A DNA stretch of 52,288 nucleotides. Source: Chthoniobacteraceae bacterium (lineage in GTDB: Bacteria > Verrucomicrobiota > Verrucomicrobiia > Chthoniobacterales > Chthoniobacteraceae). The notes under the pieces were generated by a model, which was given only the letters and a program-made list of their open reading frames with translations, was not told the origin of the DNA and made no database searches. How positions within the stretch are numbered: the stretch's first letter is position 1; each line of letters starts with the position of its first letter. The stretch is from NCBI GenBank assembly GCA_031409335.1, contig JANNWY010000014.1, positions 1-52,288 on the forward strand, read 5' to 3'. The translations under genes and the position numbers were made by a program. This document shows, one piece after another, positions 1 to 9,516 of this stretch.

Positions 1-1062
1 CCGCACCTCGCGAAGCAGGTGGATGACATGGCGTTTCTCATGGCCATGCAGTCGAAGTCGAACGTCCACGGTCCGGCTTCCTATTTGCAGACGAGCGGTT
101 TCCTCTTGCCGGGATTTCCGTGTGCGGGCGCGTGGATCTCGTATGCGCTCGGCAGCCTCGCGGACAATGTGCCCGCCTTTGTCGCACTGCCGGATGCGCG
201 CGGCCTGCCTTACAATGGACGCAGCGCGTTCACGTCGGGATTTCTCCCCGCGAATCATCAAGGCACGGTCATCAACGCCGCTGCGCCACAGCCCATCACG
301 CATCTGCGCCCGCCTGCGAATGCCACGCACATCACGCCCGCGAGCCGCGCCGATGGCCTCGCACTGCTACGTGAAATGAACACCGCCCATGCCGCCGAAC
401 GCCCCGGCGATTCAAGGCTCACCGCCCGCATCGAGAGCTACGAACTCGCCGCGCGGCTGCAACTTTCCGCACCGGAACTCCTCGACCTCACAGGCGAAAC
501 GGACGCGACGAAAAACCACTACGGCCTCGACCAGCCGGAGACCGCCGACTTTGGCAAACGCTGCCTGCTCGCCCGGCGCATGGTCGAGCGCGGGGTGCGC
601 TTCGTGCAGGTGTGGAGCGGCCACGGCGGAGGGCAGGGGAATTGGGACAACCACGGCGACATCGCCAAAGAACTCGGCAGCGCCGCCCGCAGCATGGACC
701 AGCCCGCCGCCGCGCTGCTCACCGACTTGAAAGCGCGCGGTCTGCTCGATGACACGCTGCTCGTCTGGACCACAGAGTTTGGACGGATGCCCTTCAGCCA
801 AGGCGGCACGGGTCGCGACCACAATGGCGGCACCTTTGTTTCGTGGTTCGCAGGCGCGGGCGTGAAGCCCGGCACCGCGCTCGGTCAGAGCGATGAGTGG
901 TCGTGGAAAGCGGTCGAGGGGGTGGCGACGAGTTATGATTTTCACGCGACGATTCTCCATCTGCTCGGCATCGATCATGAAAAACTCAGCCTCCGCCACA
1001 GCGGCATCGACCGTCGGCTGACGGATGTTCACGGGCACGTCATCCGGGAGGTGGTGGCGTGA
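1..1062 (+). CDS. DUF1501 family protein (sulfatase-like), 5' truncated by window edge
   Basis: Frame is open from base 1. Typical DUF1501 motifs: LLARRMVERGVRFVQV, WDNH, LKARGLLDDTLLVWTTEFGRMP, GRDHN, HATILHLLGIDHEKL, RLTDVHG. Confidence 0.9.
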   Translation, partial: PHLAKQVDDMAFLMAMQSKSNVHGPASYLQTSGFLLPGFPCAGAWISYALGSLADNVPAFVALPDARGLPYNGRSAFTSGFLPANHQGTVINAAAPQPITHLRPPANATHITPASRADGLALLREMNTAHAAERPGDSRLTARIESYELAARLQLSAPELLDLTGETDATKNHYGLDQPETADFGKRCLLARRMVERGVRFVQVWSGHGGGQGNWDNHGDIAKELGSAARSMDQPAAALLTDLKARGLLDDTLLVWTTEFGRMPFSQGGTGRDHNGGTFVSWFAGAGVKPGTALGQSDEWSWKAVEGVATSYDFHATILHLLGIDHEKLSLRHSGIDRRLTDVHGHVIREVVA

Positions 1063-2228
1063 TCCCAAGAAGCTTAAACTTAGTTCACCTGATCGCGCTG
1101 GCTGTGTGGCTCGCTGCATTTCATTCGCACGGCGTTGAGGGCAAGGCGGACGGCGTTCAGGCGGTCGCTTACTATTTTCCCGACTGGACTCGTCCGCCGG
1201 GTAACAAGGACCGCGTCTTTGCTGAGTGGTGGTATCTGGAAAATGCCTTCCCGCGTTTCCCCGGCCACGACCAGCCGAAGAAGCCTGTCTGGGGCTATGA
1301 AGATGAGTCCGACCCTGCGGTGATGGCGAAGAAGGTGGCGGTGGCGGCGGAGCACGGGCTGAGCGCATTTGTCTTCTGCTGGTATTATCACGCACAGGGG
1401 CCCTACATTGAGCGGGCGCTGCACGAGGGCTATCTGAAGGCGACGAACCGCGCACGGCTGCCTTTCGCCATCCCATGGGCGAACCATGACATCGCGGCGC
1501 TGGGTCGCACGGGAGCGGTGACGCCGGAGGTCTTCGACAAGATGACCGACCTCATCGTGCGCGACTATTTTAGTCAGCCGGAATACTGGCGCATCAACGG
1601 GCGCTGTTACTTCAGCATTTACCAGCCGATGACCTTCATCAATGGCATGGGCGGAGTCGCCCCGGCGCGGGCGGCCTTGGATGCCTTTCGCAAGAAAGCC
1701 GAGGCCGCTGGCTGCGGGGGCCTGCATCTCAATCTCGTGGATTTTGAACTCAACCAACAACCCAACGCGATGGTGCCCGTATGGGACCTCGCCGCCGACA
1801 GCGTGACGAGCTATGTGTGGATTCACGCACCCGCCGCCTATGAGCGGATGACGTTTCCCAAAGCCGACTTCGACGAGGTAAAGACCGCCTATTTCGCGAG
1901 CTGGGACAAATGGTGGGGACGCACGGGAATCCACTTTCCCCACGTCACGATGGGCTGGGACCCCACGCCCCGGCTGCGCCGCGACCAGCCACACACAGGC
2001 GCTGGCTATCCCGACACGCCCGTCCTCACTGGAAACACGCCGGAGCGATTCAAGGCCGCTCTGCTCGAAGCCAAAGCCCGCGCCGGGAAACTGCCGGCAG
2101 GCCAGCGAATCGTCAGCATCTATGCCTGGAACGAGTGGAGCGAAGGCGGCTATCTCGAACCCGAGGAGCGAACGGGAAATGCCTATCTGGAAGCGATCAA
2201 GGATGTCTTCGCGCCGAAACATCCATGA
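1059..2228 (+). CDS. Secreted glycoside hydrolase family 99-like / WbsX domain protein (copy 1)
   Basis: GTGA overlap with the upstream stop; N-terminal signal peptide; motifs VAYYFPDW, PVWGYEDESDP, FVFCWY, WANH, GWDPTPR, YAWNEWSEGGYLEP. Confidence 0.85.
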   Translation: MIPRSLNLVHLIALAVWLAAFHSHGVEGKADGVQAVAYYFPDWTRPPGNKDRVFAEWWYLENAFPRFPGHDQPKKPVWGYEDESDPAVMAKKVAVAAEHGLSAFVFCWYYHAQGPYIERALHEGYLKATNRARLPFAIPWANHDIAALGRTGAVTPEVFDKMTDLIVRDYFSQPEYWRINGRCYFSIYQPMTFINGMGGVAPARAALDAFRKKAEAAGCGGLHLNLVDFELNQQPNAMVPVWDLAADSVTSYVWIHAPAAYERMTFPKADFDEVKTAYFASWDKWWGRTGIHFPHVTMGWDPTPRLRRDQPHTGAGYPDTPVLTGNTPERFKAALLEAKARAGKLPAGQRIVSIYAWNEWSEGGYLEPEERTGNAYLEAIKDVFAPKHP

Positions 2229-5200
2229 ACTCCCGCAGATTTTCTTCTAGTGACCGTGAGGCGTGTGGGTCGGATTTTAGACAGAAAAATTTTAGACAAA
2301 AAATGGATGAAAAGACATCAAATCACGGCGCGGAGTGGGCGTGGCTGCGCTTCATCCTGCTCCCCATTTTGCTGTCTTCCATCTTTCAGTCTTCCTCCGC
2401 TGCGGCGGAAGATGCGGTGGCGCATTTTGAAGCAAAGATTCGCCCCGTGCTCATTGAGCGTTGCATCGAGTGTCATGGCGCGGAGAAGCAGAAGGGCGGG
2501 CTGCGGCTGGACTCGCGCGAGGGGTGGATGAAGGGCGGGGATTCCGGCGCGACCATCGTGCCGGGAGAGGTGGAGAAGAGCGTGCTCATCAAGGCGCTGC
2601 GTTACACGGATGTGGATTTGAAAATGCCGCCGGAGAAGAAGGGCGGGAAACTTTCTGCGCGGGAGGTCGCGGACTTTGAGGCGTGGGTGAAGGCGGGTGC
2701 GCACGATCCGCGGGTGGTGGCGGCGAAGATTGGCGGGATGAACGCGGCGGACGCGAAGACTTGGTGGGCGTTTCAGCCGATTGCCGAGCCGCCTGTGCCG
2801 ATGCCCAAAGACATTGACCGTTTCATCAGCGCGCGGTTGGAGGGCGCGGGGCTGGAGACGGCACCGCTGGCGGAACGCCGCACGCTCATTCGCCGGGCGA
2901 CGTATGACTTGACGGGACTGCCGCCCACGCCGGAGGAGGTCGAGGCTTTTGTCGGCGACGCCGCGCCGGATGCGTTTGCGAAGGTCGTCGAGCGGCTGCT
3001 GGCCTCACCGCGTTATGGCGAAAAATGGGGCCGCCACTGGCTCGATGTGGCGCGTTATGCCGACACCGCTGGCGAAAATACCGACCGTCCGCTGCCGCAC
3101 ATCTGGCGGTATCGCAACTGGGTCTTCGAGGCGTTCAATCGCGATCTGCCGTTCGATGAATTCGTGCGGCTGCAACTTGCCGGTGACGTGCTGCGGGCCG
3201 GTGAAAGTGGCGCGGCGCACGCGGAGGGCATCGTCGCCACGGGCTATCTCGCGGTCGCCCGCCGGTTCGGCCACGACAGCGACAAGGACGTGCATCTCAT
3301 GCACGAGGACGTGATCGACAATGTGGGCAAAGCCTTCCTCGGTCTCTCCATCGCCTGCGCCCGCTGCCACGATCACAAATTCGACCCCGTGACGGCGCAG
3401 GATTATTACGCGCTCTACGGAATGTTCGCGAGCAGCCGGTTCTCGTTTCCGGGTTGCGAGGCGAAAGGCCAGCCGCGCGATCTCGCGACGATGCTCACTC
3501 CGGCGGAAGTCGTGACTTTCAAAAAAACGTGGAGCGATCGCCTCGCGCAGAGCGAGCCGCGGCTGAAGGAAATCACGGCGCAAGCGCAACCGGTTCGCAC
3601 GCAATTGAAGCAGGACATGACCGCCGCGAAGCGCGTGCTGGCGGCGGCGAAGGTGGGCGAAGGCGGCTCGGTGACTTTCGGCGAGGGAGAAAAACTGGCG
3701 CTGGATCGCATCGCGGTGCGGCAGGGGGAAATCCTGCAACTCGTCGTGGACCCGCGCGCCAGTCACGGCGAGGACAGCACGCTGGTGGAATGGGAAATAA
3801 CCGAACTCGGCGGCGCGGCGCGGCGCTGGAGTTTGCGCGACCTCCTTCCCACGCTGCTCGCGGGCAATCCCGCTGCGGACAGTCCGTGGTGCTTTCTCGA
3901 CATGAAGGACGGCCCGGCATTTCTCGGCGAAAAAGTGGAGGCGATGGAGGGCCGCGCCGAACTCCAATCGTGGCGCAGCGGTGCTGCCCCGCTGGTTTTT
4001 GTGAACACCTCCGACCAACCCGTGGCCGTGTGGACGAGTCTGCCGCCGCGCAGCTTCTTCGTGCATCCGGGGCCGCAGGGCGCGGTGGCCGTGGCGTGGG
4101 TGAGTCCGGGCGATTGCGAAATCGCGGTCGCGGGCTGCGTGGCGGATGCGCATCCCGGCGGGGGCGATGGCGTGGCGTTTTCGCTGGAGCACATCGCGGC
4201 GGCGGGCGGCGGCCCGGCGCTGGCGGGCCTCGGCGCGCTCGCCCGCGAAGAGTCGGAAATCATTCGCGTGCGCGATGCCGAGGCCGGGCCGGAGCCGGTC
4301 GCGCCGGTGGCCTTCGCCGTGGTGGAGGCGGTGCCGGTGAATGTCCGCCTGCACCTGCGCGGCGACCCGGAGAAGCCTGGCGAGGAAGTGCCCCGGCGCT
4401 GGCTCTCCATCTTCGGCGGCGAGGCGGTGCCGCCCGGCGCGGGCAGTGGACGCCGCGAACTCGCGGACTGGATCGTGCGCTCGCCGCTCAGCACGCGCGT
4501 GATGGTGAACCGCATCTGGCAGGGACATTTCGGCCACGGCCTCGTCCGCACGCCGAATGATTTCGGCTCGCGCGGCGAGCGTCCGACGCATCCCGAATTG
4601 CTCGAATGGCTGTGCGCCCGTTTTGAAAAAGACGGCCGCAGCATCAAGGCGCTGCACCGGCTCATCATGGCCAGCGCCGCCTACCAGCGCGCCAACACGG
4701 TGAGCGAAATGGCCGCGACGCGCGATGTGGACAATCGCCTGCTCTCGCACTTCACCCGCCGCCGCCTCACCGCCGAGGAGCTGCGCGACAGCCTGCTCGC
4801 CGCGGGCGGCAACCTCGATCTCACGCCCGGCGAGGCGCATCCTTTTCCGCCGGAAAAAACGTGGAGCTTCACGCAGCACACGCCGTTCAACGCCCTCTAC
4901 GACGACACGAAACGCACCGCCTATCAAATGGTGCAGCGGCAGCGCAGCCATCCCTTCCTCACGCTCTTCGACGGCGCGGACCCGAACACCAGCACCGCCG
5001 AGCGCCACCTCACGACCGTGCCGACGCAGGCGCTCTATTTCCTGAACGACCCGTTTTTCCACGCCCAAGCCGCCCGCCTCGCCGCCTCCCTCACCGCGCT
5101 GCCGGACGACGCCGCGCGACTCCGCCGCGCCTTCCGCACCGCGCTCCAGCGCGAGCCTGCCGACGACGAGCAGACTTGGGCGGCGGACTTTCTAAAAAGC

Positions 5201-5281
5201 TATCCCGGCACGCCGGAAGAAAAATGGGCCGCCTGCTCGCGCGTGCTGCTCACGGGGAATGAATTCATCCACGTCGAATAA
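2225..5281 (+). CDS. PSD1 / planctomycete cytochrome c protein (PSCyt1 + DUF1549 + DUF1553)
   Basis: Haem motifs CIECH and CARCHDH; RRATYDLTGLPPT, RHWLDVARYADT, RVMVNRIWQGHFGHGLVRTPNDFG, TTVPTQAL. Start is 2225 (ATGA-coupled) or 2303; the track's 1910 start overlaps the previous gene and is not credible. Confidence 0.9.
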   Translation: MNSRRFSSSDREACGSDFRQKNFRQKMDEKTSNHGAEWAWLRFILLPILLSSIFQSSSAAAEDAVAHFEAKIRPVLIERCIECHGAEKQKGGLRLDSREGWMKGGDSGATIVPGEVEKSVLIKALRYTDVDLKMPPEKKGGKLSAREVADFEAWVKAGAHDPRVVAAKIGGMNAADAKTWWAFQPIAEPPVPMPKDIDRFISARLEGAGLETAPLAERRTLIRRATYDLTGLPPTPEEVEAFVGDAAPDAFAKVVERLLASPRYGEKWGRHWLDVARYADTAGENTDRPLPHIWRYRNWVFEAFNRDLPFDEFVRLQLAGDVLRAGESGAAHAEGIVATGYLAVARRFGHDSDKDVHLMHEDVIDNVGKAFLGLSIACARCHDHKFDPVTAQDYYALYGMFASSRFSFPGCEAKGQPRDLATMLTPAEVVTFKKTWSDRLAQSEPRLKEITAQAQPVRTQLKQDMTAAKRVLAAAKVGEGGSVTFGEGEKLALDRIAVRQGEILQLVVDPRASHGEDSTLVEWEITELGGAARRWSLRDLLPTLLAGNPAADSPWCFLDMKDGPAFLGEKVEAMEGRAELQSWRSGAAPLVFVNTSDQPVAVWTSLPPRSFFVHPGPQGAVAVAWVSPGDCEIAVAGCVADAHPGGGDGVAFSLEHIAAAGGGPALAGLGALAREESEIIRVRDAEAGPEPVAPVAFAVVEAVPVNVRLHLRGDPEKPGEEVPRRWLSIFGGEAVPPGAGSGRRELADWIVRSPLSTRVMVNRIWQGHFGHGLVRTPNDFGSRGERPTHPELLEWLCARFEKDGRSIKALHRLIMASAAYQRANTVSEMAATRDVDNRLLSHFTRRRLTAEELRDSLLAAGGNLDLTPGEAHPFPPEKTWSFTQHTPFNALYDDTKRTAYQMVQRQRSHPFLTLFDGADPNTSTAERHLTTVPTQALYFLNDPFFHAQAARLAASLTALPDDAARLRRAFRTALQREPADDEQTWAADFLKSYPGTPEEKWAACSRVLLTGNEFIHVE
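2279..2392. repeat. Imperfect palindromic (REP-like) element, copy A, in frame in the PSD1 gene 5' end
   Basis: Left arm AGACAGAAAAATTTTAGACAAAAAATGG (2279-2306); right arm CCATTTTGCTGTCTTCCATCTTTCAGTCT (2364-2392), whose reverse complement is AGACTGAAAGATGGAAGACAGCAAAATGG. Confidence 0.6.
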
Positions 5282-5285
5282 TTCC

Positions 5286-6680
5286 ATGAACGACTGCACC
5301 ACCTGCTCACGCCGCCACTTCCTCCGCTCCGCCGTCGCGGGGAGCGCGCTTTTTTCCGGCATCCTCCAGCAGCTCATGGCCGACGATGGCGATCCGCTCG
5401 CCGCGCACGCGCCGCATTTTCCGGCGAAGGCGAAGCGCGTCATCTTCCTTTTTATGACCGGCGGCGTGTCGCACATCGACAGCTTCGATCCGAAGCCCGC
5501 GCTCATCCGCGACCACGGCAAGGAGCTGAAGCTCGACCACCCGGAAATCAAAGACCGTCCCGGCTTCGAGCATATTTATTTGAAAAGGCCGCAGTGGGAA
5601 TTCGCCGCGCACGGCCAGTCCGGCACGGAGGTCAGCACGCTCTTTCCGCACATGGCGAAATGCGTGGACGACCTCGCGCTCATCCGCTCGATGCACACGT
5701 CGCACTCGAACCACTACAACGCGACGCTCGGCATGCACACCGGCTCCTTTACGCAGTCGCGCCCGAGCATCGGCGCGTGGACGAGCTACGGCCTCGGGTC
5801 GTCAAATCGCAATCTGCCGTCCTTCGTCGTGCTCGCGCCCGCGCAGACCTATGCGGGCACGCAGGTGTATGCGAGCGACTTCCTGCCCGGCGCGCATCAG
5901 GGCACGCTCGTCGTGCCCGGCGCCACGCCGGTCGCAAATGTCGCGCCGTGCATCCCCGCCGACCGGCAGGCGCTCGAACTCGCCGCGCTGCGTTCGCTCG
6001 ATGAACGCCACCTCGCCGCGCATCAGCGCGATGGGCTGCTGGCCGCGCGGCTGCATTCTTTCGAGACCGCTTTCGGGATGCAGATGGCGGTGCCGGAGGT
6101 CTTCGATTTCAGCCGGGAAAACGACGCGACTCTCGCCGACTACCGCTTGCAGCGCGGGCAGACGACCGGCTTCGGCTGGCAGTGTCTGGCGGCGCGTCGC
6201 CTGGCGGAACGCGGCGTGCGTTTCATCGAACTGATCGACACCGGCTCGTCGGGAAATTGGGACGCCCACGGCGATATGCTGACGCACGAACCGCTCGCGA
6301 AGAACGTGGACCAGCCCATCGCCGCGCTGCTGCGCGACCTCAAACAGCGCGGGATGCTCGAAGACACGCTCGTCGTGTGGACCACCGAGTTTGGCCGCAC
6401 GCCTTTCAACAACACCGCCGATGCGAAAGGTCGCGAGCATCATCCGTGGGCCTTCAGCTCATGGTTCGCCGGGGCGGGCGTGAAGCCCGGCATCGTCCAC
6501 GGAGCCACCGACGAACACGGCCTGCGCGCCGTCGAAAATCCCGTCCACGTCCACGACTTTCACGCCACCATTCTCCATCTCCTCGGCTTCGACCACGAGC
6601 GCCTCACCTACCGCCACGCCGGCCGCGACTACCGGCTCACGGATGTGGAGGGGCGCGTCATCCGGGAGGTGCTGTCATGA
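5286..6680 (+). CDS. DUF1501 family protein with Tat signal
   Basis: SRRHFLR twin-arginine motif; AKAKRVIFLFMTGGVSHIDSFDPKP; EFGRTP; same C-terminal motifs as the first DUF1501. An alternative in-frame ATG lies at 5259. Confidence 0.9.
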   Translation: MNDCTTCSRRHFLRSAVAGSALFSGILQQLMADDGDPLAAHAPHFPAKAKRVIFLFMTGGVSHIDSFDPKPALIRDHGKELKLDHPEIKDRPGFEHIYLKRPQWEFAAHGQSGTEVSTLFPHMAKCVDDLALIRSMHTSHSNHYNATLGMHTGSFTQSRPSIGAWTSYGLGSSNRNLPSFVVLAPAQTYAGTQVYASDFLPGAHQGTLVVPGATPVANVAPCIPADRQALELAALRSLDERHLAAHQRDGLLAARLHSFETAFGMQMAVPEVFDFSRENDATLADYRLQRGQTTGFGWQCLAARRLAERGVRFIELIDTGSSGNWDAHGDMLTHEPLAKNVDQPIAALLRDLKQRGMLEDTLVVWTTEFGRTPFNNTADAKGREHHPWAFSSWFAGAGVKPGIVHGATDEHGLRAVENPVHVHDFHATILHLLGFDHERLTYRHAGRDYRLTDVEGRVIREVLS

Positions 6681-8568
6681 AGCTCAAGAATTTGAAACTC
6701 GTATCTCTACTACTACTACTGTGGCCTGCCTCCTCTCCCGCGCCCGCCGCTGAGCCAAGGCGGACGCGGTGCAGGCGGTTGCTTATTATTTCCCGGACTG
6801 GACGCGGCCACCGGGCAACAAGGAACGGGTCTTCGCCGAGTGGTGGTATATGGAAAATGCCATTCCACGTTTCCCCGGCCATGAACAGCCGAAGAAGCCG
6901 CTCTGGGGCTATGAAGACGAGTCCGACCCGGCGGTCATGGCGAAGAAAGTGGCGGTGGCGGCGGAGCACGGGCTGAGTGCCTTCGTCTTCTGCTGGTATT
7001 ATCACGCGCAGGGGAGCTACTTGGAGCGGGCTTTGCATGAGGGCTATCTGAAGGCGACCAATCGCGCGCGGATGCCCTTCGCCATCATGTGGGCGAACCA
7101 TGACATCGCGGCCCTCGGTCGCATGGGTGCGGTGACGCCGGAGGTCTTTGATAAGATGACCGACGTCATCGTGCGCGACTATTTTAGTCAGCCGGAATAC
7201 TGGCGCATCAATGGCCGTTGTTACTTCAGCATCTATCAGCCGATGACCTTCATCGATGGCATGGGAGGGACGGCTGCGGCTCGGGCGGCGTTGGATGCTT
7301 TTCGCAAGAAAGCTGAGGCCGCCGGGGCTGGAGGATTGCACCTCAATCTCGTGGACTTTGAACTCAACAAACAACCCAACGCGATGGTGCCCGTCCGCGA
7401 CCTCGCCGCCGACAGCGTGACGAGCTACGTGTGGATTCACGCCCCCGCCGCCTATGAAAAACTGACGTTCCCCAAGGCCGACTTTGACGAGGTGAAAGCC
7501 GCCTACTTTGCGAGCTGGGACAAATGGTGGGGCCGCACGGGTCTTCACTTTCCCCACGTCACCATGGGCTGGGATCCCACGCCCCGGCTGCGTCGCGACC
7601 AGCCGCACACGGGCGCTGGCTACCCGGACACACCCGTCATCACGGGCAACTCGCCGGAGAAGTTTAAGACCGCTCTGCTCGAAGCCAAAGCCCGCGCCGC
7701 AAAACTGCCTGCCGGTCAACGCATCGTCAGCATCTACGCATGGAACGAGTGGAGCGAAGGCGGCTATCTCGAACCCGAAGCCCGCGCTGGAAATGCCTAT
7801 CTGGATGCGGTGAAAGACGTGTTTGGTGCTCCTGCCATCACCCCACAAGTTCACCAGCAGGCTCCCGTGGATTACAATCATCCGCCGCGTGAATACATCG
7901 CGCACCGGCTGCACGGCTGGGAGGTGCTGGTGGAAAAGCAGCTCGCCGATGAGGATGCCGTGACCGCGAAGGCGACGCTCGGGCGGGTGGAAAAAAAGCT
8001 GGAGGAAATAGCGGCGCTGCTTCCGCCTGCGACGCTCCCGGATTTGCGGAAATCGAAAGTGTTCATCCTCTACGGAACGAAGGCGAAGGCGGGCGGGCGC
8101 AGCAACGGGCTGGAGTATTTCCCTGCGGACGCACCGGCCCATCACGACTGGCTGGATGCGCGCATGGGCCGGAGCATCGTGATTTTCGACGCGGCCAATT
8201 ATTGCAAGCTCTCAGACGCGTGGGCGCTCAAGGCGCTCGTCCACGAGTTCGGCCACGCGCAACATCTGGAGCACTGGCCGGAGGACTATCCGGACATCCG
8301 CCAGACGTGGCAGGCCGCAATGAAGGCGGGCCGCTATCAAGTCGTGCGCGACGAGGACAAGGGCACGCACTTTCCAAACTACGCCGCGATGAATCATCTC
8401 GAATACTTCGCGGAACTGACGGCGATGTATTTTGTTGGAGCGAATTATTTTCCTAAAGACCGAGCGGGGCTGAAGGCCTACGACCCGGCGGGCCACGCGC
8501 TCATCGAAAAACTCTGGGGCATTCAAGCGCCGCCACCGCCCTCGGCACGCGCCGGAGAAAACGAATGA
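6677..8568 (+). pseudogene. GH99/WbsX-like protein (copy 2) fused to a C-terminal HEXXH zinc metallopeptidase; 1-nt frameshift after the signal peptide (or an assembly error)
   Basis: ATG 6677 (ATGA-coupled) encodes the signal peptide MKLKNLKLVSLLLLLWPASSPAPAAE, out of frame with the body ORF 6769-8568. Copy 1 reads GAG GGC AAG GCG GAC; copy 2 reads GAG CC AAG GCG GAC. HEFGH at 8242-8256 and a downstream EYFAE motif. Confidence 0.75.
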
Positions 8569-9437
8569 ACTCACGCGCCGCTCTCGTTTCCCTGCACTTC
8601 GCCGTGCTGCTCTTCGGCCTCTCGGGGCTGATTGGCAAAGCCGTCCACAGTCCGGCGCTGGTCGTGACGTGCCTGCGCTCGCTGGTGGGCACACTCGCGC
8701 TCGCGGCCATGCTCGCCTTGCGACGCGAACGGCTCGCGGCGGCTTGGCGCGGACGGCGCGGCGCGCTGCTCTCCGGCGGTGCGTTGCTCGCCGCGCATTG
8801 GTGGCTGTTCTTCGCCGCCATTCAGCAAAGCACCGTCGCGCTGGGACTGCTGACGTATGCGAGCTATCCGCTGTTCGTCACGCTGCTCGGCTGGCTGCTG
8901 CTGCGCGAACGTCCGCGCCGCGTGGACTTGTGCGCGTGTGCGCTCGTGGTCGCCGGACTCGTGCTGGTGGTGCCGGACTGGAACTTCGGCTCGCGAGTCG
9001 GTCTCGCCACGGCGCTGGGTCTGGCCTCCGGCTTCACGTTCGCCGCGCTCACGCTGCTCAACCGCCGGCTGACCGCCGTCATGTCTCCGCTGCCGCTCGT
9101 GACGGCGCAAACCGGCGTCGCTGGCCTGCTCCTGTTGCCGCTGGCCGCCACGCAGTTACCCGCCGTGCCCGCGCGCGACTGGGCGTGGCTCATCTTGCTC
9201 GGCATTGTTTTCACCGGACTGGCGCACGCCTGTTTCACCGCATCACTCCAGCGCGTGCGTGTGGCCGTGGTCGCCGTAGTGGCGGCGTTGGAGCCGGTCT
9301 ATGGCATCGCCGCCGCGTGGATGATTTTCGGAGACACTCCCTCGCCGGCCATGCTCGCGGGCGGAGCACTCATCATCGGTGCCAGTTTCCTGAGCCTGCT
9401 GCCATCGTCCGTGCCACCACTCGGCGTGACACCGTGA
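8565..9437 (+). CDS. EamA / DMT family transporter
   Basis: About 10 hydrophobic segments in two repeats; motifs AAHWWLFFAAIQ, PLFVTLL, GIVFTGLAH, ALEPVYGI. Confidence 0.9.
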   Translation: MNSRAALVSLHFAVLLFGLSGLIGKAVHSPALVVTCLRSLVGTLALAAMLALRRERLAAAWRGRRGALLSGGALLAAHWWLFFAAIQQSTVALGLLTYASYPLFVTLLGWLLLRERPRRVDLCACALVVAGLVLVVPDWNFGSRVGLATALGLASGFTFAALTLLNRRLTAVMSPLPLVTAQTGVAGLLLLPLAATQLPAVPARDWAWLILLGIVFTGLAHACFTASLQRVRVAVVAVVAALEPVYGIAAAWMIFGDTPSPAMLAGGALIIGASFLSLLPSSVPPLGVTP

Positions 9438-9516
9438 GACTTAGCGATACCGCGACTCATTTCCTCCCGTAAAAAGCTCCAGCACAGCAAATGAGACACC
9501 TGCTAACTATCTGCCT

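Noticed and set aside
1910..2224. Upstream extension of the 1123-aa ORF; similar extensions at 12711, 25858, 30215, 34171, 35463 and 41238
   Set aside because: They overlap neighbouring genes or IRs and read as shadow-frame sequence; better starts with a signal peptide, SD or coupling exist downstream.
6707..6720. (CTA)n tract in the signal peptide as a phase-variation switch
   Set aside because: Trinucleotide unit changes cannot fix the frame, and the lesion maps downstream at about 6755.
2225..8576. Genes following both GH99 copies begin ATGAACTC(C/A)CGC (MNSR)
   Set aside because: Only 12 nt, partly forced by the ATGA overlap; similarity does not extend, so probably coincidence.
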